Source: Mobula birostris (taxonomy: Eukaryota). From it: 64,000 nucleotides of DNA. The translations under genes were made by a program, and so were the position numbers. Position 1 is the stretch's first letter. Each line of letters opens with the position of its first letter. A model generated the notes under the pieces. That model worked only from the letters and a program-made list of their open reading frames with translations, was not told the DNA's origin and did no database searches. Positions 11,151 through 24,100 of the stretch are shown one piece after another. The stretch spans positions 19,958,715 to 20,022,714 of the forward strand of contig NC_092378.1 of the NCBI RefSeq assembly GCF_030028105.1, written 5' to 3'.

Positions 11151-14100
11151 AAAAACAGGACTGTTAATTTTTCCAGAGGAAATTGTCACTTCCTCTGGCA
11201 GTTTGGTCCACATATCCATCAACCCATGTGTGAAAAAGTTTTGCATTTGTTTCAATTTGTTGAAATATAGTGTGAAGTTGTCCCTTAGATCCCCTTTCAA
11301 TCTTTCTCCACTCCTCATTTGACTTAGCTGCCAAGCATCTTGCATTAAATAAATGCCGTTTCGTCTATCAGATCTTACATACTCTAACCCCTACCTGTCC
11401 TGCCAACTGGCCTTAAATCGCTGATCTAGGTCTAGAGACTTAAAACATTGTGCAATAAATCAAGCTGTCTTGGGATCCTATGAATGCAGCTTGATACCTG
11501 TCAAGCTCAGAAGCTGTAATACAAGTGAAGATAATGAGCACCAATCTTCATTTATTCCTAGGTGTGAAACACCCAGTCTCCAGACCAAACCTTTCACTTT
11601 AATCAACCGCCCGCAGAGTTTAAATTTCTAACTAAGATGATTCTCTAACTGAGACAGCAAAATCATTCCTCTGAATTACATTTCTGGTGGTGAATCAAGT
11701 TATAAGACTTGTAAAAGAGTAGAATTTAATACATTAAAATGAGAAGAACCTTCAACAAAATTATTTATAGAAACAATGAAGTGATGGTTTTGAGTCAGCT
11801 GTACCCTGCTCACAATTAATGATAATGGTCTAAGATCCTAAGAACACTTCAGTAAATAACTTTTCAAGATGCTCTGCATTAAGTTACTTTTTAAACTTCA
11901 CTTTTTCTTAAAGACATTCCAATCAGAGAGCAAAGTAAGCTCCAAAATCTCTGCTACACTTTAAATTATATTTTCCTCCTGCAAAATAATTTTTAAAAAT
12001 CTTTTTATTAATTATTATCGAAAATCAACAACAACAAAAAATACATTGAAGTAATCAAGTCAACATATCAATATGTAGAATAAGAGTTAAACTATCAACC
12101 AAGTTAAACAATATATCAATAATAAGAAGAAGCAACAAAATGTTAAAGTTTTTTTTTTGGAAAAAAAAGAAAGAAAAAGAACCTCTACTAACTAAAAAAA
12201 AACCCTAACAAAAAAAAACCATTTGGAGCACAAACCCGGAGCTATATGCCATACAAGCTTCCATAAAAGAAAGACATAAATCCACCAACCAAATCCACTT
12301 ACCCAAGAATCAGAAGGGGACCATCTTAATTAACTCAAATCAAATGATAGTAGCGGGCAAAAGAGCCCCACCTTTTCACAAAGTCAAATCGAGGATCAAA
12401 AGTTGGACTTCTGATTTTCTCCAAACTAAGACATAACATCCCATTCGATCAAAGTGGGAGCAGAAGCATCTTTCCATTTTAATAAAATAGCCCTTCTGGC
12501 CAATAGTGTGACAAATGCAATTACATATTGGTCTGATATAGAAACACCGTGAATATATTGAGGGATTATACTAAACAAAACTGTCAATTTATTAGGTTGT
12601 AAATTAATTTTTAAAGCTTTAGAAATTGTAGAAAAAATAGATTTCCAAAACTGTTTCAATACAGAACACGACCAAAACATATGTGTCAATGTAGCTGTCT
12701 CAGATTTATATCTATCACACTGACTATTAACATTAGGAAATATTTTAGACAGTCTCTCCTTTGTCAAATAATAACGATGTACAATTTTAAATTGAATTAG
12801 AGGATGACTGGCACAAATCGAAGAAGAGTTAACCAACTTCAAAATTCTCAACCAATCCTCTGTAATCAAGGTCATGTTAAGCTCTCTTTCCCAATCTTGC
12901 TTAATCTTAAGTAAGGGATAATTATCCTGTTGTAATAGTAAATTACAAATTTTCCCAATGAAGCCTTTCACTAAAGGGTTCATTTTTAAAATAATGTCTG
13001 ACAGGTCAGAATCTTGTATATATAGAAAATTACTTAAATATTCTTGTAAGAAATGTCTGACCTGAAGATATTGCAAAAAGTGTGAGTATGAGAGAGAATA
13101 TTTAGTTACTAATTTCTCAAAGGACATCAATCGGCCTTCGTGAAACAGATCCATAAAGGAATAAATTCCTTTATTCCTCCAAAGAGAAAAGGTAGGATCA
13201 CTAAGTGAAGGTTTAAATAAATAGTTTCAATATACTAAACTAAGAAGGTTAAATTTTTTAAGATTAAAAAACATACGGAACTGATACCAAATTTGTAATG
13301 ACTGCTTAATCATAGGGTATATAATTAGAATAGAAATTTTGGCTAATAACGAAGTTAAGTAAAATTGTTTCACAGCTTTCAATTCCAGATCAATCCATGG
13401 TGGTCGTTCATTTTTATCGGTCCAATATAACCAAGAACACACATAACGTATATTAACCACCCAATAATACATTCTTAAATTAGGCAAAGCAAGACCTCCA
13501 TCCTTCTTTAATTTTTGTAAATGATATTTTCCAATTCTCGGTCTTTTATTATTCTAAACAAAAGATGAAATAATGGAATCAACCTGATCAGAGAACTTCT
13601 TAGTTAGAAAAATAGGAATATTTTGAAATACATATAAAAATTTTGGTAAATTCATCACTTTAACTGCATGAATTTGACCGGCTAACGAAAGTGTAAATGG
13701 ATTCCATCTAGAAAATAATTGCTTCATAAAATCCACCAAGGGAACTAAATTAGCTCTATAAAGATCGCCATAATTTTTAGTGATGATAATACCTAAATAT
13801 TTAAAAGAATCTGTAACTTTAAAAGGAATGTCATCATATATACGTTTGTAGAAGCAATATCATTTAAAGGAAATAATTCACTTTTATGCAGGTTTAATTT
13901 ATATCCTGAAAACTTTCCGAATTCATTTAATAATTTCAATAAACTAGGAATAGATTCTTCAGGATTCGAAACATAAACTAAGAGATCATCAGCATAAAGG
14001 AAAATGTTATGAATAGTCCCATTTATGGAAATTCCTTGAATATCTTTAGCTTCACGAAGTGTAACAGCCACAGGTTCCAGCACCAAATTAAATAACTAAG

Positions 14101-14787
14101 GACTTAACGGACAACCTTGTCTCTTACCCAGTGAAAGTCGAAAAAAGGGGGATCTGCAGTTATTAGTAATAACAGTAGGGCTTTTATATATCATTCTAAT
14201 TCACTTATTAAAATTAGTACCAAAGATAAGTTTCTCTAAAATGTTAAATAAGTATTTCCATTCAACTCTAACAAATGCCTTTTCAGCATCAAGAGAAACA
14301 ACACATTGGGGAATCTTCGAGAGGGATGAGTATATAACATTTAACAGTCTCCGAGTATTAGAAAAGGAATAGCGGCCTTTTATAAAACCTGTTTGGTCCT
14401 GAGAAATAATTTTAGCTAGTATATTCTCCAATCGATTAGCCATTATTTTTGAAAGAGTTTTAGTATCCACATCCAATGAGATAGGTCTATATGAAGCACA
14501 ATCAGCAGGGTCTTTACCTTTCTTAAGAATTAAGGAGATGGAAGCTTCATAAAATGTGGAAGGTAACTCTCCTAACAAAAAGGAATCTTTAAGTACTTCC
14601 AACATATAAGGAGTAAGCAAATATTCAATTTTTTAATAAAATCCTACAGAAAAACCATTCAGTCCAGGAGCTTTACCAGATTGCATTGAAAGAATAGCTT
14701 TCTGAATTTCTTTTTCAGTAAAAGGAGTATCAAGAATTTGTTGATCTTCAACAGATATTCTAGGAAAATCAATCTTTTGTAAAAATG

Positions 14788-15835
14788 ACCAGCCTATTGG
14801 CTCAGGGTGTCTGACCCTCCAAGGGAGGAGTTGTAAAGTTTGATGGCCACAGGCAGGAATGACTTCCTATGATGCTTTGTGCTGCTTCTCGGTGGAATGA
14901 GTCTCTGGCTGAATGTACTCCTGTGCCCACCCAGTACATTATGTAGTGGATGGGAGACATTGACCAAGATGGCATGCAACTTAGACAGCATCCTCTTTTC
15001 AGACACCACCGTGAGAGAATCCAGTTCCATCCCCACAACATCACTGGCCTTACGAATGAGTTTGTTGATTCTGTTGGTGTCTGCTACCCTCAGCCTGCTG
15101 CCCCAGCACACAACAGCAAACATGATAGCACTGGCCACCACAGACTCGTAGAAGATCCTCAGCATTGTCCGGCAGATGTTAAAGGACCTCAGTCTCCTCA
15201 GGAAATAGAGACAGCTCTGACCCTTCTTGTAGACAGACTCAGTGTTCTTTGACCAGTCCAGTTTATTGTCAATTCGTATCCACAGGTATTTGTAATCCTC
15301 CACCATGACCACACTGACCCCTTGGATGGAAACGGGTCACCGGTACCTTAGCTCTCCTCAGGTCTACCACCAGCTCCTTAGTCTTTTGCACATTAAGCTG
15401 CAGATAATTCTGCTCACACCATGTGACAAAGTTTCCTACCGTAGCCCTGTACTCAGCCTCATCTCCCTTGCTGATGCATCCAACTATGGCAGAGTCATCC
15501 GAAAACTTCTGAAGATGACAAGACTCTGTGCAGTAGTTGAAGTCCGAGGTGTAAATGGTGAAGAGAAAGGGAGACAAGACAGTCCCCTGTGGAGCTCCAG
15601 TGCTGCTGATCACTCTGTCGGACACACAGTGTTGCAAGCACACGTACTGTGGTCTGCCAGTCAGGTAATCAAGAATCCATGAGACCAGGCAAGCATCCAC
15701 CTGCATCACTGTCAGCTTCTCCCCCAGCAGAGCAGGGCGGATGGTGTTGAACGCGCTGGAGAAGTCAAAAAACATGACCCTCACAGTGGTCGCTGGCTTG
15801 TCCAGGTGGGCATAGACACGGTTCAGCAGGTAGAC
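14788..15835 (-). mobile_element. Rex1/Babar-like LINE RT fragment nested in the L1
   Basis: FFDFSSAFNTI, GAPQGTVLSPFLF, KFSDDSAIVG and YFLRRLRSF in ORFs 15269..15784 and 14794..15312. Confidence 0.9.
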
Positions 15836-16820
15836 TTTTTAATTTAAGCAAATTTCTTTCAATAGGATGTTAATAGTATTGTGATTGAAGTTCAACCCTT
15901 TGTTTAAATAAATCAATATTAGGAGAAACTGCACTTATCCAAGTCTTTAATTTGTTTTGAAATCCTATCTAACTCTATTTTTGTCTGCTTCTTAAGCTTA
16001 GCCAAATAGGAGATTATCTGACCTCACAAATATGCTTTAAATATATCCGACATAATCAATTTTGACACATCTCCCCTATTATTAAAAAGAAAAAAAACTT
16101 TTATCTGAATCTCTATAAATTTGACGAAGTCCAAGCTTTGTAATAAATTTTCTGGAAAACGCCAAGGCAAGTTTACATTACTAACATCATTCAATTCAAA
16201 AGTTAAGCTTAAAGGTGCATGATCCGAAACAACAATAGCATCATATTCACATTTCTGGACTTCGGACAAAAATCGGAAATCAGCTATAAAATAATCAATT
16301 CTCGAATATTTTTTATGGACATGTGAATTAAAAAGAATAATCTCTATCATTAGGATGTAGATTTCTCCAAATTTCAATCAAGTCTGGTCAGAAACCAAAT
16401 ACATTTTTTAAAAAAGAAGGATCATCTACATTAGGTCCATATAGATTAACCAGGACAATTTTTCTATTACAAATTGTTCCTTTAGCAATTAAAAATCTAC
16501 CATTGATATCTGAGATGATGTCTTCTTGGATAAATAAAATATTAGATTTAATAAAAATAGATACTCCCTTTGTATTATTTTGACAAGTGACATGATATTG
16601 AAGGTCCTTCCACATTTTAAAAAATCCACTTTGATCGCCCGTTCTGATATGCGTTTCTTGAACAACAGTAGAGCTACTGGGCTTGATGTTTCAGGTTATA
16701 TCGGGCTGGAATTGATTAATAATTTTAAAAGTCTTATTTTGCTTAATAGGGTGATTCCAGCCACGTACGTTCCAACCAATAACGTTTATCTTTTTAACTA
16801 CCATAGAATTTTGTTTTTAA

Positions 16821-17251
16821 TAAAAACTTGGAGGCCATTCATTCAGCATTTTCATTTGATGTAACTTGATCATTTCAAAATTTGTTTTATCTCTCTGTAC
16901 TGTTGTTGGAGGGGAATGGAGTCGTTGACACTAAGGTTTTCTTCTTTTCCATTTCTAAGTTGTTAGTTTTGCTCAAGTCTTTTAGTTTAGTTGATTAATT
17001 TTGTTTTTCTTTGGGGATGGGGGTTTGTTTTTTTTTGGTTTTGTTTTTTTTTTCTTTTTCATGATTTTTTTCCAGTTTTTTTTTGATTTGTATTATCTGT
17101 TGTCAGTTCTACATGATTGGGAGCTTTGTTAACTTACACTATTTGATTTTACAATTACTTTTCCTAAGTGTAACAATATATCTCCTACTATTTGTATTAT
17201 TGCTATGTTTTGTTTCTATATTTCGAAATTAATAAAAAGATTGAAAAAGAA
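16821..17251 (+). mobile_element. 5'-truncated L1 of a second family (ORF2 C-terminus, U-rich 3' UTR, poly(A) signal) with a 16-bp TSD
   Basis: KTWRPFIQHFHLM* followed by aataaaaagattgaaaaag. TSD agaattttgtttttaa (16805-16820) / agaattttgattttaa (17252-17267). Confidence 0.8.
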
Positions 17252-17429
17252 AGAATTTTGATTTTAACACGAAAATACACCCATACCATCACAGGCTAAT
17301 CAAAGATGGCGGTGATGAGTATAACCATATAGAAAACACGCATGCTCCGGAACTCCATAATGGGGGAAAATACAGGATGTATATAAAATAATTACCCCGC
17401 ATTTCTCCTCCACAATCTGGTCGTCATAG

Positions 17430-19120
17430 AAAAGTACAACACAGAAATAGGCCTTTCATCCTATCTACTTCCATCTTCCTGCACCCAGGCCATGGCCCTC
17501 CGTATCCTTACCATCCATGCACCTATCCACATTTCGCTTAAATGTTGAATTTGAATTCATATGCACCACTTACGCTGGCATCTCATTCCACACTCTCATA
17601 AGTGAAGGAATTTTCCCTCATGTTCTCCATAAACTTTTCACCCTTCATCCTTAATCTATGACCTCTAACTGTAGTCCCACCCAACTTCAGTGGAAAAAGC
17701 CTGCTTGCATTTACCCTATCTACACCCCTCATAATTCTGTATATCTCTATCAAATCTCCTCTCAGTCTATGTTGCAAGGAATAAAGTCCTAACCTATTCA
17801 ATCTTTCCTTATAACTCAGGTCCATCAATCTTGGCAACATTCTTGTAAATTTTCTCTCAACTCCTTCAATGTTATTTACTTTCCTGTAGGTACGTGACCA
17901 AAACTGCACAAAATACACCAGATTAGGCCTCACCAACATTCTAAAACAATTTCAACATAGCATCCCATCTCCTGTACTCAGTACTTTGATTTATGAAGAC
18001 CAATGTGACAAGAGCTATCTTTAATGTCCCTATATATCTGTGCCACCACTTTCAATGAATCATGGACCTGTACTCCCACATCCCTTTGTTCCATCACACT
18101 CTCATTCACTATGTGAGACCGACACTGCTTGATCCTAATGAAATGCAACACCTTGCACTTGTCTGCATTGAATTCCATCTGCCATTCTTCAGCCCATTTT
18201 TCCAACTGCTCCAGATCCCTCTGCAAACTCTGATAGTCTTCCTCGCTGCCCACTACACCCCCAATCTTGGTGTCATCTGCAAATTTTCTGATCCAGGTAA
18301 TCACACTATCATCCAGATAATTGATATACATGACCTACAACAAAGGGCCCAGCACCAATCCCTGTGGTAGGCACTCCACTAGTCACAGGCCTCCAGTCAG
18401 AGAGGCAACCATCTACTACCACTCTCTGGCTTCACCCACAAAGCCAATGTCTAATTCGATTTACCAACTTGTCGTGAATGCCAAACAACAGAACCTTCTT
18501 GACCAACCTCCCATGTGGAAACTTGTCGGATGCCTTGCTGGAGTCCGTCTAAACAATATCCACTGTCTTTCCTTCAACTTTTCTCGTAACTTCCTTGAAA
18601 AACTGTAAGATTGGCTGGACATGACCTACCACACACAAAGCCATGCTATGCCGAATCAGTCCCTGTCTATCCAAATACTTATATATCCTGTTCCTTAGAA
18701 TATCCTCTAATAACTTTCCCACTACTGATGTCAGGCTCACTGGCCTATCATTACCTGACTTATTTTTAGAGCCTTTCTCAAATAGCGGAAGAACATTAAC
18801 TATCCTCCAGTACCTCACCTGTCGTTGAAGATGATTTAAATATCTCTGCTAGAGCCCCTGCAATTTCTGCACTTGCCCCCCTCACAGAGTCTGAGGGAAG
18901 ACATTGTCAGGCCCTGGGGATTTGCCCACCCTAATTTGCCTCAAGGCAGCAAACACCTCATCCTCTGTAATCTGTATAGGGTCTATGACCTGGCCGCTAC
19001 TTCGCCTCTCTTCTATAGAATCCATGTCTGTCTTCCAGAAAATACATAGGTAAAAATACTATTTAAGATCTTCCCCCATCTCTTTTGGCTCCACACATAG
19101 ATTACCATTCTGACCTGCCA
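17430..19120 (-). mobile_element. Degraded CR1 LINE (RT and 3' part)
   Basis: ORFs 17583..17939, 17978..18331 (KFADDTK) and 18549..18818 (RPVSLTSVVGK). Confidence 0.9.
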
Positions 19121-20200
19121 GAAGACCAATTTTGACCTGTATCTGTATTGTACGGCTCTATGACTCTCCATAGTAGAGACCATTGTTAAGATTGCAACTG
19201 AAGTATTTCTTACAGGTACGATCTCCTTAAGTAAGTGAGGATACAGTTGCAATGCAGAAAGTGCAATGAATAATCAGCAATTGAAAGGTTTGTTTCATGA
19301 TGAGAGATTAAGCCGACTGGTTCTAGGCTGTCTTGCCCTGAGGGAAAAAAAAATGGCTATCTCTTTGAAAACTTAGAAAAAAAAGTTTCCTATTTCCCCT
19401 CATTGGAATGTCTTGAGTTAGAGATCACAGTCTCAAAATAAAGATCAGAAAAAAAACATACTTAACCAATTAGTCAGTGATTCTTTAGAAGGCTATACTC
19501 AGACTTCATAACTGAGTAAAGACCATAAGACCATAAGATATACGAGCAGAATTAGGCCATTAGGCCCATTGAGTCTGCTCTGCCATTTCATCATGGCTGA
19601 TCCGATTTTCCTCTCAGCCCCAATTTCCTGCCTTCTCTCCGTATCCATTCATGCCCTGACCAATCAACCTCTGCCTTAAATATACATAAAGACTTGGCCA
19701 CCACAGCTGCCTGTGACAAAGAATTCCACACATTCACCACTCTCTGGCTAAAGAAATCCCTCTTCATCTCCATTCTAAACAGACACCCCTCTATTCTGAG
19801 GCTGCATCCTCTGTCTTAGACTCTCCTACCATATGGACAGTGCAGCGCGGCAGATTTAAAAGGGCAGAAATCCTGCTTCGGGTTTGATTCGAAGAAGGAG
19901 TCTGAGAGTCTGAGTGGGAGTGCCGAGAAAGACATTTTTGAAATTTTCGTTATTTTTTTTTCTCTCCAACGGCGTTCTGAGAGGCGGGACTGCGCAGGCG
20001 TGTGACGTCGGGCAGTGCAGCGTGGCAGATTTAAAAGGAACAGAGCCTCATAGAGTGGGCAGCGTAGTTTGTGGGCGGCAGAGTGAGCCGGGAGCAGAGT
20101 GAAGACTTAAGGGCTTTGGCTCAACGGGCTTAGGCGGAAACGGGCGAGGCGAGGAAGGTTTGGCATTCATTTTCTGTTGTCATTGGAGGAGAGGGGCAGT

Positions 20201-21138
20201 ATGAGTGTGAGGGCAGTTTGCTGTTCTCGGTGTCGGATGTGGGAGGCCCTGGAGTCTCCAAGCCTCCCGGATGTCTACATCTGCGCCAAGTGCATCGAGA
20301 TACAGCTCCTAAGGGACCGCGTTACGGAACTGGAGCTGCAGCTCGATGACCTTCGTCTGGTCAGGGAGAGTGAGGAGTTGATAGAGAGGAGTTGCAGGCA
20401 GGTGGTCACGCCGGGGCCACGGGAGGCAGACAAGTGGGTCACGGTTAGGAGAGGGAAAGGGAAGAGTCAGGTAATAGGGAGTACCCCGGTGGCTGTGCCC
20501 CTTAACAATAGGTACTCCTGTTTGAGTACTGTTGGGGGGGACAGCTTACCCGGGGGGGAGCGACAGTGGCCGTGCCTCCGGCACAGAGTCTGGCCCTGTA
20601 GCTCAGAAGGGTAGGGCAAGGAAGAGGAGGGCAGATGTGATAGGGGACTCGATAGTAAGGGGGTCAGATAGGCGATTCTGTGGACGCAGTCCAGAGACCC
20701 GGATGGTAGTTTGCCTCCCTGGTGCCAGGGTCCGGGATATTTCTGATCATGTCCAAGATATCCTGAAGTGGGAGGGTGAGGAGCCAGAGGTCGTGGTACA
20801 TAAAGGTACCAATGACATAGGTAGGAAAAGGGATGAGGTCCTGAAAGGAGAATATAGGGAGCTAGGAAGGGAGTTGAGAAAAAAGGACCGCAAAGGTAGT
20901 AATCTCGGGATTACTGCCTGTGCCACGCAACAGTGAAAGTAGGAATGCAATGAGGTGGAGGATAAATGCGTGGCTGAGGAATTGGAGCAGGGGGCAGGGA
21001 TTCAAGTTTTTGGATCATTGGGACCTCTTTTGGCGCGGGCGTGACCTGTACAAAAAGGACGGGTTACACTTGAATCCTAGGGGAACCAATATCCTGGCAG
21101 GGAGATTAGCGAAGGCTACTGAGGTGACTTTAAACTAG
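20201..21138 (+). pseudogene. CR1 ORF1 (~311 aa after repair): CxxC..CxxC zinc finger, leucine-zipper coil, SGNH/GDSL esterase
   Basis: Motifs CSRC..CAKC, GDSI, GTND, DGLH are spread over ORF-track pieces 20177..20614, 20532..20936 and 20920..21138. These join via two +1 insertions, placed at G7 (20552-20558) and A6 (20879-20884). Confidence 0.9.
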
Positions 21139-24100
21139 AATGGTTGGGGGGTGGGAATCAAATTAAAGAGGCTAGGCGTGAGGAGGTTAGTTCACAACAA
21201 GGGGATGGGAACCAGTGCAGAGAGACAGAGGGGTGTAAAGTGAGGGTAGAAGCAAAAAGTACTAAGGAGAAAAGTGAAAGTGGCAGGCCGACAAATCCAG
21301 GGCAAGCATTAAAAAGGGTCACTTTTCAACATAATTGTATAAGGGCTAAGAGAGTTGTAAAAGAGCGCCTGAAGGCTTTGTGTGTCAATGCAAGGAGCAT
21401 TCGTAATAAGGTGGATGAATTGAAAGTGCAGATTGTTATTAATGATTATGATATAGTTGGGATCACAGAGACATGGCTCCAGGGTGACCAAGGATGGGAG
21501 CTCAATGTTCAGGGATATTCAATATTCAGGAGGGATAGACATGAAGGAAGGGGAGGTGTGGTGGCGTTGCTGGTTAAGGAAGAGATTAACGCAATAGAAA
21601 GGAAGGACATAAGCCGGGAAGATGTGGAATCGATATGGGTAGAGCTGCGTAACACTAAGGGGCAGAAGACACTGGTGGGAGTTGTGTACAGGCCACCTAA
21701 CAGTAGTAGTGAGGTCGGAGATGGTATTAAACAGGAAATTAGAAATGTATGCAATAAAGGAACAGCAGTTATAATGGATGACTTCAATCTACATGTAGAT
21801 TGGGTGAACCAAATTGGTAAAGGTGCTGAGGAAGAGGATTTCTTGGAATGTATGCGGGATGGTTTTTTGAACCAACATGTCAAGGAACCAACTAGAGAGC
21901 AGGCTATTCTGGACTGGGTTTTGAGCAATGAGGAAGGGTTAATTAACAATCTTGCCGTGAGAGGCCCCTTGGGTAAGAGTGACCATAATATGGTGGAATT
22001 CTTCATTAAGATGGAGAGCGACATAGTTAATTCAGAAACAAAGGTTCTGAACTTAAAGAGGGGTAACTTTGAAGGTATGAGACGTGAATTAGCTAAGATA
22101 GACTGGCAAATGACACTTAAAGGATTGACGGTGGATATGCAATGGCAAGCATTTAAAGGTTGCATGGATGAACTACAACAATTGTTCATCCCAGTTTGGC
22201 AAAAGAATAAATCAAGGAAGGTAGTGCACCCGTGGCTGACAAGAGAAATTAGGGATAGTATCAATTCCAAAGAAGAAGCATACAAATTAGCCAGAGAAAG
22301 TGGCTCACCTGAGGACTGGGAGAAATTCAGAGTTCAGCAGAGGAGGACAAAGGGCTTAATTAGGAAGGGGAAAAAATATTATGAGAGAAAACTGGCAGGA
22401 AACATAAAAACTGACTGTAAAAGCTTTTATAGATATGTAAAAAGGAAAAGACTGGTAAAGACAAATGTAGGTCCCCTACATACAGAAACAGGTGAATTGA
22501 TTATGGGGAGCAAGGACATGGCAGACCAATTGAATAATTACTTTGGTTCTGTCTTCACTAAGGAGGACATAAATAATCTTCCAGAAATAGTAGGGGACAG
22601 AGGGTCCAGTGAGATGGAGGAACTGAGCGAAATACATGTTAGTAGGGAAGTGGTGTTAGGTAAATTGAAGGGATTGAAAACAGATAAATCCCCAGGGCCA
22701 GATGGTCTGCATCCTAGAGTGCTTAAGGAAGTAGCCCAAGGAATAGTGGATGCATTAGTGATAATTTTTCAAAACTCGTTAGTTTCTGGACTAGTTCCTG
22801 AGGATTGGAGGGTGGCTAATGTAACCCCACTTTTTAAAAAAGGAGGGAGAGAGAAACCAGGGAATTATAGACCGGTTAGCCTAACGTAGGTGGTGGGGAA
22901 ACTGCTGGAGTCAGTTATCAAAGATGTGATAACAGCACATTTGGAAAGCGGTGAAATCATCAGACAAAGTCAGCATGGATTTGTGAAAGGAAGATCATGT
23001 CTGACGAATCTCATAGAATTTTTTGAGGATGTAACTAGTAGAGTGGATAGGGGAGAACCAGTGGATGTGGTATATTTGGATTTTCAAAAGGCTTTTGACA
23101 AGGTCCCACACAGGAGATTAGTGTGCAAACTTGAAGCACACGGTATTGGGGGTAAGGTATTGATGTGGATGGAGAATTGGTTAGCAGACAGGAAGCAAAG
23201 AGTGGGAATAAACGGGGCCTTTTCAGAATGGCAGGCGGTGACTAGTGGGGTACCGCAAGGCTCAGTGCTGGGACCCCAGTTGTTTACAATATATATTAAT
23301 GACTTGGATGAGGGAATTAAATGCAGCATCTCCAAGTTTGCGGATGACACGAAGCTGGGTGGCAGTGTTAGCTGTGAGGAGGATGCTAAGAGGATGCAGA
23401 GTGACTTGGATAGGTTGGGTGAGTGGGCAAATTCATGGCAGATGCAATTTAATGTGGATAAATGTGAAGTTATCCACTTTGGTGGCAAAAACAGGAAAAC
23501 AGATTATTATCTGAATGGTGGCCGATTAGGAAAAGGGGAGGTGCAACGAGACCTGGGTGTCATTATACACCAGTCATTGAAAGTGGGCATGCAGGTACAG
23601 CAGGCGGTGAAAAAGGCGAATGGTATGCTGGCATTTATAGCGAGAGGATTCGAGTACAGGAGCAGGGAGGTACTACTGCAGTTGTGCAAGGCCTTGGTGA
23701 GACCACACCTGGAGTATTGTGTGCAGTTTTGGTCCCCTAATCTGAGGAAAGACATCCTTGCCATAGAGGGAGTACAAAGAAGGTTCACCAGATTGATTCC
23801 TGGGATGGCAGGACTTTCATATGAAGAAAGACTGGATGGACTGGGCTTGTACTCGTTGGAATTTAGAAGATTGAGGGGGGATCTGATTGAAACGTATAAA
23901 ATCCTAAAGGGATTGGACAGGCTAGATGCAGGAAGATTGTTCCCGACGTTGGGGAAGTCCAGAACAAGGGGCCACAGTTTGAGGATAAAGGGGAAGCCTT
24001 TTAGGACCGAGATTAGGAAAAACTTCTTCACACAGAGAGTGGTGAATCTGTGGAATTCTCTGCCACAGGAAACAGTTGAGGCCAGTTCATTGGCTATATC

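Larger units (their letters stand above)
11995..17420 (-). mobile_element. L1-clade LINE, degraded ORF2 (ATG at 16804, stop at ~12335) with 3' UTR and AATAAA/A-rich tail
   Basis: MVVKKINVIGWNVRG, QETH and SDHAP (APE); YRPISL, LDAEKAF and LYADD (RT); C..C...HMFWSC zinc knuckle. Confidence 0.92.

Noticed and set aside
10807-11345. Cluster of overlapping Cys/His-rich ORFs
   Set aside because: Produced by the (CA/CG)n low-complexity tract plus SINE and CR1 remnants.
1-12000. WNT2 terminal exon expected from mammalian synteny
   Set aside because: No Cys-rich Wnt C-terminal coding sequence (e.g. CKFHWCC) was recognised in the ORF track or by eye; the gene is presumably outside the window.
22887-22889. 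In-frame TAG splitting CR1 ORF2 as possible programmed readthrough
   Set aside because: Other CR1 copies in the window read SLTSVVGK at this position (18549..18818, 43560..43787), so it is a private nonsense mutation.
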